Source of the DNA: Acholeplasma sp.
Lineage (GTDB): Bacteria; Bacillota_I; Bacilli_A; Acholeplasmatales; UBA5453
Direction: 5' to 3'
DNA: 64,000 bases
Assembly: GCA_036677365.1 (NCBI GenBank)
Contig: JAVBWN010000006.1
Location: 1-64,000, forward strand
This document shows positions 10,824 through 20,287 of this stretch, piece after piece. The number at the start of each line of letters is the position of its first letter. The stretch's first letter is position 1. The notes beneath the pieces are model-generated. The model ran no database searches and was not told where the DNA came from. It saw nothing but the letters and a program-made list of their open reading frames with translations. Both the position numbers and the translations under genes were made by a program.

Positions 10824-11511
10824 TAGTCATTGTCACATGTTGCCAGGTGTGGACGATGGTGCCAAAGACGAAGCCATGGCGTTAGCGATGATTGAAAAAT
10901 CTGCAAACGATGGCGTCACTCACATCATTTTAACCCCACATTTTCGCAAATTTGATGAAGGCAAACGCTTAAAACAAATAGCGGTTTTTGAAAATCTAAA
11001 ACTTTCAGTCAAACAAAAAGGCATACCGATTGAACTCTATTTAGGAAAAGAAGTGTATTACAAAGATAACCTTCTTGAACAAACCAAAAATTTAGCGATC
11101 GATGGTAGCCCATATGTCTTGATTGAGTTTTCAACCACCATGGAACAAAATATTGAAGAAATCATCTTCAATTTAAAGGTTTCTAAACTCAAACCGATTG
11201 TCGCTCATGTGGAAAGATACCCATATTTAAAGAAAGAGGACTATCACCAAATCCGCTTGACTGGGGGACTTTTACAAGTCAATGCAGGTGCGATTAAAGG
11301 GTTTGAAGGGTTTGGTAAACGACGATTGGTGAAGTTTCTACTGAAAAATCAATTGGTAGATATTGTTGCTTCCGATGCACATAACCTAACCAACCGTAAG
11401 CCCAATTTAAAAAATGCCTATAAAACTGTTTCAAAAAAGTATGGCAAAGCCTATGCGGATTTGATTTTCTTTGAAAACCCGAAGAAGATCATCGATTCAA
11501 TTCAACTATAA
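10816..11511 (+). CDS. cpsB: CpsB/CapC PHP-family tyrosine phosphatase
   Basis: MIDSHCH.LPGVDDG, TPH, AHVERY, SDAH. ATG 10816 overlaps the kinase stop. Confidence 0.92.
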   Translation: MIDSHCHMLPGVDDGAKDEAMALAMIEKSANDGVTHIILTPHFRKFDEGKRLKQIAVFENLKLSVKQKGIPIELYLGKEVYYKDNLLEQTKNLAIDGSPYVLIEFSTTMEQNIEEIIFNLKVSKLKPIVAHVERYPYLKKEDYHQIRLTGGLLQVNAGAIKGFEGFGKRRLVKFLLKNQLVDIVASDAHNLTNRKPNLKNAYKTVSKKYGKAYADLIFFENPKKIIDSIQL

Positions 11512-11550
11512 GCCAGCCACCGCTGGCTTTTATATTTTAGGGAGAATACA

Positions 11551-12777
11551 ATGAAATTTACAAATGCTTTTACAGAAGATTTTGTTTTAACGGATGACAT
11601 TTTAAGCATTGGTCAGATGGCAAAAGAACGTAAAAAACAAAATCCAAACACGATTGACGCGACGATTGGTGCGCTTTTAAATGACCAAGGGGTATTGTTA
11701 GCCTTTCCTTCGGTAGAACAAATCCTTAAGAATCAAGATTCCACCAAAGTCCGTGCCTATCCGCCAGTCGATGGGGGAAAACCATTCAAGAAGGCCCTCA
11801 AACAATGGGTTTTTCAAGATAAACTACCACAAATTGAATCGGCATTTAAACTTGAAGTACTCGCCACACCTGGCGCATCCGGTGCTTTATCCAATGTGCT
11901 CGCCAATTATGTGACTAAAGGGGATATGGTCGTCTTACCTGACATCTTTTGGAGTAATTACGCAGCCATCATCAACGCCACCGAAGCTGGTCACGTAACC
12001 TATCCAATGTTTAAAAACAATGCGTTTAATTTGGAAGGATTCAGAAAGACCACCACTTTAATCGCGAAAGAAACGAATAAAGTCGTTGTATTGCTCAATG
12101 ACCCTTGTCAAAATCCAACCGGGTATTCACTTTCAAAAACAGAACTTGAAGGCTTGATTGAACACCTCGATGACCTCGGTAAAACTGTCCCTGTGGTGCT
12201 CATCTATGACATCGCTTATTTGGATTATGCCGATTTAAATTACGCCGATACGAGAACGCGATTCTTATCTTTCCTAAAGGTAAACTCATCGATGTTGATT
12301 ACCATCGCTTTTAGCGCATCCAAAACTTTTGGTATATATGGGTATCGTGGTGGTGGGGTCGTTGCGTTATCTAAAGATGACAGTGTCATTGAAGAATTCA
12401 GTCGCGTCGCTTTATATAAAGCACGTTCAACGTGGAGTTGTCCACCCACCGAACCCATTTTCTTGATGAACACTTTACAAGAACAACCCCTTTTACAACA
12501 ACAGTTTTTAGGTGAACTCCAAACGGTTCGTACCCTATTACAAACCCGTGCAAAAGCATTCATTGAAGAGGCCAAACAAGTTCAACTCGTTCATTATCCG
12601 TATGTCTCAGGCTTTTTCGTCACAATCCCAGTATTGGAACCAAAAAAAGTATTTGAGCGACTCAAAGCGAAAGATATCTTTGTCGTACCGCTATCTGGTG
12701 CGATCCGTGTCGCTTTAGCAGCGATATCGGTGGATGAAATTCACGGGCTAGCCGCTAAAATTAAAGCAGAAATCTAA
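11551..12777 (+). CDS. PLP-dependent aminotransferase class I/II
   Basis: NPTG, DIAY, SASKTF (PLP lysine) ...GYRGG. Confidence 0.88.
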   Translation: MKFTNAFTEDFVLTDDILSIGQMAKERKKQNPNTIDATIGALLNDQGVLLAFPSVEQILKNQDSTKVRAYPPVDGGKPFKKALKQWVFQDKLPQIESAFKLEVLATPGASGALSNVLANYVTKGDMVVLPDIFWSNYAAIINATEAGHVTYPMFKNNAFNLEGFRKTTTLIAKETNKVVVLLNDPCQNPTGYSLSKTELEGLIEHLDDLGKTVPVVLIYDIAYLDYADLNYADTRTRFLSFLKVNSSMLITIAFSASKTFGIYGYRGGGVVALSKDDSVIEEFSRVALYKARSTWSCPPTEPIFLMNTLQEQPLLQQQFLGELQTVRTLLQTRAKAFIEEAKQVQLVHYPYVSGFFVTIPVLEPKKVFERLKAKDIFVVPLSGAIRVALAAISVDEIHGLAAKIKAEI

Positions 12778-12917
12778 GAGGGTAATACCTCTTTTTTCTT
12801 TAGCTTGGTCGTGAGCATATAATCCATAATCGATGGCTATCGTGTTATAATTAGAATGTCAAAGTAAAAAATGTAAGGTCTTTGACCTTGAAATCATATG
12901 AAAGGTTTGGATGCAGG

Positions 12918-14297
12918 ATGAACCATACACATACCATATTAACCATTTTCGGTTCGACGGGGGACCTCACCATTCGAAAGCTGTTACCCGCCATCGAAAA
13001 GCTTTTACAAGAAAACTTACTAGAACCTACCACACAAATCATCGCAGTCGGCAGAAGAGATTACACGACGGAATCGTATTTGGCATTTGTAGAAAAAGAG
13101 TTGAAGGTTCAATTCAATACCAAGGCACTGATCCCTCACGTGACTTATTTTAAGTTGGATGTAGACCAAATTGAGGATTATTTAGCCCTCAAAGCCCATA
13201 TTGAAAAAATCTCAAATCCAGAAACCAGAAAGGTTTATTATCTGGCTGTGGGTCCTGAGCTTTTAAAAGGCATCGCAACCAACATTGGAGAATCTCAATT
13301 GGTTTTGAAGGAAGACTTGAATTCTAGCATCACTTTCGAAAAACCATTCGGGTCTGATTTAGCCTCCGCCAAAGCCATCAACGCGTTGTTGTGGTCTTAT
13401 TTCGATGAAAAACAAATTTATCGTATTGACCATTATTTGGGTAAAGAGATGATTCAAAACATCCTAACAGTACGCTTCGCGAATAAGATATTTGAAAGCA
13501 TTTGGAACAACAACACCATCAAAAACATCAAAATTATCGCGAAAGAAACCGACACGATTTTATCTAGAGCAGGCTATTATGATACCTCTGGTGCGCTAAA
13601 AGATATGGTTCAAAGCCACCTATTACAAATGTTGTCTTTGGTTGCGATGGAAGTACCAAGGTCTTATAACAGTGAAGATTTAAAAAATGAAAAAGTCGAT
13701 GTCTTAAGGAAATTGCGATATGACCGTAAATCATTGGTCATCGGGCAATATGAGGGTTATCAAAATGAACCCAATATTGCGAAAGACTCAAAAACTGAAA
13801 CGTTTGTGTTCTTCAAAGCATTTGTCGATACCCCTCGTTTTAAAGGTGTACCATTTTACTTAATGACGGGTAAAGCCCTAGAACAAAAAGAATCGGTCAT
13901 CATCATTGAATTTGAAGAGACTTCGGAACAACACAAATGGGATTTACCGCTTTTTACCAATAAACTCTACATTAAAATTGCCCCACAAGATGGCATCTCT
14001 TTAACCTTAAATTCTAAAGTACCTGGGTTAAGAAATGCAGTTGAAGAAGTCGATTTGGATTACTGTGTGGCTTGTAACGCGGTGGGAAACTTACCTGAAG
14101 CCTATGAGAAACTCATCTTAGATATGACCAAACATAGTAAATCTTTATTTACCCGATGGGATGAAATTGAACTCTCGTGGCAATTCATTGACCAAGTCAA
14201 GCAGGACATTGCTTTAAAACACATCCCACTCAGAATATATCAAACCCCACAAGCGTTATATGACCTCATTCATGAGATGACAGGAGAGACCATTTAA
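12918..14297 (+). CDS. zwf: Glucose-6-phosphate 1-dehydrogenase
   Basis: FGSTGDL, EKPFG, RIDHYLGKE, DMVQSHLLQ, EAYEKL. Likely start is ATG 12918. Confidence 0.95.
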   Translation: MNHTHTILTIFGSTGDLTIRKLLPAIEKLLQENLLEPTTQIIAVGRRDYTTESYLAFVEKELKVQFNTKALIPHVTYFKLDVDQIEDYLALKAHIEKISNPETRKVYYLAVGPELLKGIATNIGESQLVLKEDLNSSITFEKPFGSDLASAKAINALLWSYFDEKQIYRIDHYLGKEMIQNILTVRFANKIFESIWNNNTIKNIKIIAKETDTILSRAGYYDTSGALKDMVQSHLLQMLSLVAMEVPRSYNSEDLKNEKVDVLRKLRYDRKSLVIGQYEGYQNEPNIAKDSKTETFVFFKAFVDTPRFKGVPFYLMTGKALEQKESVIIIEFEETSEQHKWDLPLFTNKLYIKIAPQDGISLTLNSKVPGLRNAVEEVDLDYCVACNAVGNLPEAYEKLILDMTKHSKSLFTRWDEIELSWQFIDQVKQDIALKHIPLRIYQTPQALYDLIHEMTGETI

Positions 14298-14918
14298 ATG
14301 AAAATTTACGATATATCGATGGAAATCCATCCGGATATGCCAGTGTATAAGGATTTACAATCGAAAAAACCCACATTTAAAAATGTTGCTAACTTTAAAG
14401 ACAATAGTCACTATGAAACAGATGTCACCATGAACGTCCATAGTGGCACCCATGTGGATTTTAATTTGCACATGGTTGAGGGTGGCGAAACCAGCAGTGA
14501 AGCCAAATTGGACCATTATATCAGCGAAGCACGAGTGTTTGATTTATCTTATGTATTAGAATATATCACCAAAGAAAACTTGGTGAATTTAGCAATCAGA
14601 AAAAACGATTTTGTCATTTTTAAAACCCGAAACTCACAAGATGAAGGGTTCAATCCAAACTTTGTGTTTGTCGCGGAATCTGCAGCGAATTATTTAGCGG
14701 AACTCGGCATTAAAGGTGTAGGGATCGATGCTTTGGGCATTGAAAGAAGCCAACCGGGTCATCCAACCCACAAAGCATTGATGTCTAAAAACATCATTAT
14801 TTTAGAAGGTCTAAGGTTGGCCAATATCCGCTCGGGGTCATACACATTGATTGCTTTACCACTCAAAATACGTGGTTTAGATGCATCCCCTGTAAGAGCT
14901 ATTTTATTAGGAAACTAA
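14298..14918 (+). CDS. Cyclase family metal-dependent hydrolase (KynB-like)
   Basis: HSGTHVD, GVGID, DASPVRA; abuts the zwf stop. Confidence 0.9.
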   Translation: MKIYDISMEIHPDMPVYKDLQSKKPTFKNVANFKDNSHYETDVTMNVHSGTHVDFNLHMVEGGETSSEAKLDHYISEARVFDLSYVLEYITKENLVNLAIRKNDFVIFKTRNSQDEGFNPNFVFVAESAANYLAELGIKGVGIDALGIERSQPGHPTHKALMSKNIIILEGLRLANIRSGSYTLIALPLKIRGLDASPVRAILLGN

Positions 14919-14982
14919 GCGATTTAGTTTCCTTTTTGTCATATTTATATCGTGTGTTATAATTGTAATGAGGTATGAACTT

Positions 14983-16449
14983 ATGAAACGTTTATGGACT
15001 TTACTCTTATTGACGATACTTGTCGTTGGGTTAGTTGCTTGCACACCACCAGAAACAACCAAGGCACTTGTGTTGGACGAAGTTCCAAGCCAAATCACAA
15101 CGGACTATACATTGCCAAGCATTTACGATGATTTTAATCTCGAATGGTTTTTAAACGATGAACCCATTGGCTATGTTCTTCCAATAAAATATACGTTTAA
15201 AGGTACGACGGACGTATTATCTGTAAAAATGACCAAAGGATTTCAAGTAGTTACTGGTGAAAAAGAAGTGACGTATGCTTTGAGTTCAATCACGACCGAT
15301 TTGTACATTCAAACCGAAAACAATCAAAATATCACATCCAAAGATACGTATCTTCAGGGTACAGTATCCATAGACTCAGATACCGATGCTTTTGACCAAA
15401 CGAACTTGACCATGGGCATTAAAGGTAGAGGTAACTCAACTTGGGATTTCCCTAAAAAACCTTATCGTATTAAGTTTACAGAAAGACAAAGCTTGTTGGG
15501 CATGCGTCCGGCGCGGGATTATGTCCTATTGGCAGAATATAACGATAAATCCTTGATTAGAAACTACTTAGCACATTATTTTTCTACCTTATTAGACATT
15601 GAATACACCCTAGAAACCCGTTTTGTACAACTCTACATCAACGGCAATTATAATGGATTATACTTACTAACCGAACAAGTAGAAGTCGATAAAAATCGTT
15701 TAAATATCGATGAATCTGTGGATGCCGATGGGGGATTCTTAATTGAAATGGAATCCAATGACCGGATCTGGCAAGAAGGCGAAGAAGACTTAAATTGGGT
15801 CAAGGTTGATGGTTATAATTATGTCATCAAATCCCCTAAAATGGACGAACTCACCGTCCCTGAAGTGAACGGTAAGATTCAATTCATTAAAAACACATTG
15901 AACCAGTTTATCCAATCGATTGGCCAAGGGACGTATGAATCCTACATGGATATGAACCAATTCATCGATTACTTCATCATTTCTGAACTCTTTAAACAAG
16001 TCGATGTGGGCTATTCATCGGTGTATATTTATAAAGATAAAAATGAACTCATGCGCATGGGTCCAGTATGGGATTTTGATATTTCTAGTGGAAATGGCGA
16101 TTATTACGATTCTGGTCCACAAGGCTACTGGGTTGACTATAACCCGTGGTTCAATTATTTAATTGATAAGCCTGAATTTGAATCGCGCTATATCGTCAGG
16201 TTCATGGAAGTTTCGTATTTATACTTTGACCAATTGATCGCTGAACTCGATTTGGTCTCTTCGTTATTATTCACAGACGCGTTGATCAACTTTGAAAAGT
16301 GGCGAATTCTTGGCATTTATGTCTGGCCAAACCCACCTCAAATGGTCGAAGCGGACACGTATGCTAAACAGATTCAATACTTAAAAAATTATTTAATCCA
16401 ACGTGAAGCGTGGTTAACCACCACATTGACCACCGATGGGTATCGATAA
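14983..16449 (+). CDS. CotH kinase family lipoprotein
   Basis: Signal peptide with lipobox LVAC; KGRGNST, KKPYRIK, GLYLLTE, GPVWDFD. Confidence 0.85.
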   Translation: MKRLWTLLLLTILVVGLVACTPPETTKALVLDEVPSQITTDYTLPSIYDDFNLEWFLNDEPIGYVLPIKYTFKGTTDVLSVKMTKGFQVVTGEKEVTYALSSITTDLYIQTENNQNITSKDTYLQGTVSIDSDTDAFDQTNLTMGIKGRGNSTWDFPKKPYRIKFTERQSLLGMRPARDYVLLAEYNDKSLIRNYLAHYFSTLLDIEYTLETRFVQLYINGNYNGLYLLTEQVEVDKNRLNIDESVDADGGFLIEMESNDRIWQEGEEDLNWVKVDGYNYVIKSPKMDELTVPEVNGKIQFIKNTLNQFIQSIGQGTYESYMDMNQFIDYFIISELFKQVDVGYSSVYIYKDKNELMRMGPVWDFDISSGNGDYYDSGPQGYWVDYNPWFNYLIDKPEFESRYIVRFMEVSYLYFDQLIAELDLVSSLLFTDALINFEKWRILGIYVWPNPPQMVEADTYAKQIQYLKNYLIQREAWLTTTLTTDGYR

Positions 16450-16470
16450 AATAGGCGTTTGCCTATTTTT

Positions 16471-16499
16471 TTGCATATAGAGAAAGCGCTTTATATAGT
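16471..16499 (+). promoter_or_regulatory. sigma70-like promoter of the lplA-gcv operon with a cre/LacI-like palindrome
   Basis: TTGCAT-N17-TATAGT, with AGAAAGCGCTTTAT in the spacer. Confidence 0.5.
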
Positions 16500-16525
16500 A
16501 TAATATAAACAGAAGGATGTGAATT

Positions 16526-17497
16526 ATGAAATACGTGAACTTAAGCCGTTACGGCAGACAAATCGATCCTTTTTTCTTTGCTTTGGAAAGTGTCTTATTG
16601 GAAGATTTAAAGGAAGATTTATTTTTCATTTGGCATGTCTATGGGGCAGTCATCATCGGTAAAAATCAATTGCTTGAAACCGAAGTCAATGAAGCCTTTT
16701 TGACAGAAAACAATATCCCAGTATTTAGACGTTTGTCTGGTGGTGGGGCCGTATACTCGGATGAAGGGTGTATCAAATACAGCTTTCTATCTAAAAAATT
16801 TGATAAAGAAGTCATATTCAAAGAGTCCTTAACGAAGATCAAATCCGTCTTTGACGCGTTAAATATCCCCGTCGTTTTGTCGGGTCGAAATGACATCTTA
16901 TATGAAGGTAAAAAGTTTTCTGGCAATGCCTATTTTCACAATCAATATGGGTCATGTTTGCACGGGACCATTTTGTACGATACGGATTTTGAAATCTTGG
17001 TTAAATCGATTACACCTTCAAATGAAAAACTCATTTCTAAAGGCATTGAATCGGTGCGACAACGTGTCACCAACATGAAAGATGTGGTGGGTAAAGACAT
17101 TGAAGATTTTACCCATTTCTTGGTCAATCATGTGACCGATGGGGAATATGTATTAAGCGAAGTACAAGAACAAAAAGTGTTTGAACGGATGAAAAAATTC
17201 AGCGAACCCACTTACATCAAAGGCAATAACCCACCCTATAGTTTCAAACACATCAAACGTTTTAACTGTGGGTCTGTGGGGGTCAAGCTTGACATCAACC
17301 GTGGGGTTATCCGTGATTTTATCCTCTATGGGGACTATTTTACAGACCAAGAACCGACCGAATTAAAAACATATTTTATGAATCAGCCATTTGATATAAA
17401 AACGATGGAAGCAATCATCAGTCAATTCAACATATCGGATTATATTGTGGGTTTAACCAATGAAGAATTCATTAGTCTATTCAAGGAGGATGTATGA
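16526..17497 (+). CDS. lplA: Lipoate-protein ligase A
   Basis: IIGKNQ, RRLSGGGAVY, GRNDI, KKFSGNA, HGTILY, SVRQRVTN. Confidence 0.93.
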   Translation: MKYVNLSRYGRQIDPFFFALESVLLEDLKEDLFFIWHVYGAVIIGKNQLLETEVNEAFLTENNIPVFRRLSGGGAVYSDEGCIKYSFLSKKFDKEVIFKESLTKIKSVFDALNIPVVLSGRNDILYEGKKFSGNAYFHNQYGSCLHGTILYDTDFEILVKSITPSNEKLISKGIESVRQRVTNMKDVVGKDIEDFTHFLVNHVTDGEYVLSEVQEQKVFERMKKFSEPTYIKGNNPPYSFKHIKRFNCGSVGVKLDINRGVIRDFILYGDYFTDQEPTELKTYFMNQPFDIKTMEAIISQFNISDYIVGLTNEEFISLFKEDV

Positions 17498-18585
17498 TGG
17501 ATATGAAAATCACGTGTCTACACGATAGACACCTCAAGCTTGGCGCGAAAATGACCGAATTTGGTGGGTTTGATATGCCGGTCTCTTATCGGGGTATTTT
17601 ACAAGAACACCAAGCGGTTAGAGAAGCCTGTGGCGTATTCGATTGTTCCCACATGGGTGAAATCGATTTAAAAGGCAAAGACGCACTCAAATTTTTAAAC
17701 GAAATCACCACCAATGATTTCACCGATTTAAAAGACAAACAACTCCAGTACACCTTACTTTGTGAAGAATCGGGTGGGGTGGTGGATGATTTGATGGTCT
17801 ACCAATTTAACAAAGAACACTATTTATTGGTTGTGAACGCATCCAATACCATCAAAGACTTTAAATGGTTAACCAGCCATCAGTCTCCTTATGACATTGA
17901 ATTGTCCAACGATTCAGAATTCTTTGGTCAACTCGCTTTACAAGGCCCTAAAGCAGTAGAAATATTGAAGGTTCTCATCCCTGAAGTAGCATCACTAACT
18001 TTCATGCATTTTGATACATTTGTTTGGAATCACCACGAATTCATCATCTCAAGAAGCGGTTATACCGGTGAAGATGGGTTTGAGATTTATGGTTCACCCA
18101 AAGCCACGGTTGCTTTATGGGACCAATTGATGACTTTAAATGTGGAACCATGTGGCTTAGGGGCGAGAGATACCTTACGTTTTGAAGCCGGATTACCGCT
18201 ATATGGTCATGAAATCAACGGGTTCATTACCCCACTCGAAGCTGGTTTATCCTTTGGGGTTAAACTCCATAAACCATTCATTGGTAGAGATGTTTTATTG
18301 AAACAAAAAGAACAAGGCTTAGAAAGAAGAATCATTGGTCTTGAACTATTAGAAAGAAACATCGCGAGGGATGGGTATATTGTGTATGATGCCAATCAAA
18401 AGATGATTGGTTACATCACCACAGGGTATATGATTCCCAATACCAATAAAGCTTTAGCAAACGCAATGATCGATTCGAGTGTTAAAATTGGTACAGAAGT
18501 ATTTGTTGAAATTAGAAACAAGATGGTCAAAGCCGTCATTAGAAATAGAAAATTTTACGAAAAGAAATATAAAAAAGAGGTCTAG
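17494..18585 (+). CDS. gcvT: Glycine cleavage system T protein
   Basis: FGGFDMP, FDCSHMG, RSGYTGEDGFE, GLGARDTLRFEAG. Confidence 0.96.
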   Translation: MMDMKITCLHDRHLKLGAKMTEFGGFDMPVSYRGILQEHQAVREACGVFDCSHMGEIDLKGKDALKFLNEITTNDFTDLKDKQLQYTLLCEESGGVVDDLMVYQFNKEHYLLVVNASNTIKDFKWLTSHQSPYDIELSNDSEFFGQLALQGPKAVEILKVLIPEVASLTFMHFDTFVWNHHEFIISRSGYTGEDGFEIYGSPKATVALWDQLMTLNVEPCGLGARDTLRFEAGLPLYGHEINGFITPLEAGLSFGVKLHKPFIGRDVLLKQKEQGLERRIIGLELLERNIARDGYIVYDANQKMIGYITTGYMIPNTNKALANAMIDSSVKIGTEVFVEIRNKMVKAVIRNRKFYEKKYKKEV

Positions 18586-18587
18586 AC

Positions 18588-18965
18588 ATGGAAAAGATTC
18601 TAAAAGATTTATTGTACACCCCAACCCATGAATGGGTTAAGATTGAAAACAACACAGCGAAGATTGGTATTACAGACTATGCACAACACAGCCTTGGGTC
18701 GGTCGTCTTCGTCGATTTACCGAATGTGGGCAGTGCTTTTGGTCAATTTGACCCATTCGGTGCTGTAGAATCGGTTAAAGCAGCGTCTGATTTATTGATG
18801 CCAGTTTCTGGCAAAGTCATCGCTGTCAATGACGCCTTAGTATCACAACCTGAACTTTTAAACGAAGATGCTTTCGCCAACTGGCTCATCGAAGTTGAAG
18901 TCAAAGACCCATCTGAAGTGGCTAAACTACTTTCACCAGACGCGTATCAAAAGACCTTACATTAG
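18588..18965 (+). CDS. gcvH: Glycine cleavage system H protein
   Basis: HEW, GITDYAQ, VESVKAAS lipoyl-Lys motif. Confidence 0.96.
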   Translation: MEKILKDLLYTPTHEWVKIENNTAKIGITDYAQHSLGSVVFVDLPNVGSAFGQFDPFGAVESVKAASDLLMPVSGKVIAVNDALVSQPELLNEDAFANWLIEVEVKDPSEVAKLLSPDAYQKTLH

Positions 18966-18973
18966 GAGGCAAC

Positions 18974-20287
18974 ATGTTCAAATACTTCCCGCATACTGAG
19001 CAAGACATCCAAGAGATGCTCGATAAAATTGGGGTTCAATCGATCGATGAGCTTTTTTTAGACTTACCTAAAAAGTTTCAATCCAAACCCGATTATCAAG
19101 TACCGCTTGCGAAAAGTGAAATTGAGCTCAGAAACCATTTCAAGGGGTTATCGGGTAAAAACCGAGAACTCATCATTTTTAGAGGGGCAGGGGCGTATGA
19201 CCACTATACACCTTCGGTCATCCCAGCCATCATTTCAAGAGAAGAATTTTTAACGGCCTATACACCATATCAACCGGAGATTGCTCAAGGTACACTTCAA
19301 TACATCTTTGAATTCCAAAGCATGATTACAGACCTTACGGGGATGGATGTTTCAAACGCATCGATGTACGATGGTCCGACCGCGACCGCTGAAGCGATGT
19401 TTATGGCCACCTCTCAAACCAGAAAAAATAAGATTGTACTTTCCGATAACGTCAATCCGAATGTGATTGATGTTGTTAAGACCTATGCATTATACCGTGG
19501 TATTGAAGTCTTGATTATCCCTTCTAAAGCCGGTTTGGTCGACAGAACTTTATTGGATGTAGCGCTTGAAAACGCTGCTGGATTCATCGGTCAAGTGCCA
19601 AACTATTTTGGTTTGGTTGAAAACTTGACAGATGTTTCTGAAAAGGTTCAATCCAAGGGTGGTATTATGATCATCAATGCAGACCCTCAAGTCTTAGAGA
19701 CCATTGACTCACCAAGAAAAATGAAAGCAGATATCGCGTGCGGCGAATGCCAAAGTTTAGGTATCCCACTATCATATGGTGGCGCATACGTTGGTTATTT
19801 AGGCACCACAGAAAAACTATTACGCAAGATGCCTGGCCGTATTTGTGGGGTCACCACCGATGTCGATGGCAAACGTGCGTTTGTATTAACCCTTCAAGCC
19901 AGAGAACAACATATTCGAAGAGAAAAAGCGAATTCCAACATTTGTTCCAACCAATCCTTGATGGCATTATGGACCACCATCTATATGTCCACCATGGGCA
20001 AACGAGGCTTAAAAGAAGTGGTGGCACAGTGTTATCAAAATAGCCACTACCTACAAGAACAACTTGTGAAAACAGGTAAATTCAAACCGGTGCACTCAGG
20101 CTTTTTCATCAAAGAATTCTTATTAGAAGCGTCCTTTGATTTAAAAGCGTTTGAACAAAAGTGCATTCAAAAAGGCATTTTACCTGGTTTAATCATCGAT
20201 GACAAATACATGTTATTCGCAGTGACTGAAAAACGTACGAAAGAAGAAATGGATCAACTCGTTGAACTCGTCGGAGGTGCAAAATGA
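18974..20287 (+). CDS. gcvPA: Glycine dehydrogenase subunit 1
   Basis: TAYTPYQPEIAQG, NASMYDG, LQAREQHIRREKANSNICSNQ. Confidence 0.96.
   Translation: MFKYFPHTEQDIQEMLDKIGVQSIDELFLDLPKKFQSKPDYQVPLAKSEIELRNHFKGLSGKNRELIIFRGAGAYDHYTPSVIPAIISREEFLTAYTPYQPEIAQGTLQYIFEFQSMITDLTGMDVSNASMYDGPTATAEAMFMATSQTRKNKIVLSDNVNPNVIDVVKTYALYRGIEVLIIPSKAGLVDRTLLDVALENAAGFIGQVPNYFGLVENLTDVSEKVQSKGGIMIINADPQVLETIDSPRKMKADIACGECQSLGIPLSYGGAYVGYLGTTEKLLRKMPGRICGVTTDVDGKRAFVLTLQAREQHIRREKANSNICSNQSLMALWTTIYMSTMGKRGLKEVVAQCYQNSHYLQEQLVKTGKFKPVHSGFFIKEFLLEASFDLKAFEQKCIQKGILPGLIIDDKYMLFAVTEKRTKEEMDQLVELVGGAK

Noticed and set aside
16450..16525. Glycine riboswitch upstream of the gcv operon
   Set aside because: The spacer is only about 76 bp, is filled by terminator, promoter and RBS, and has no aptamer motifs.
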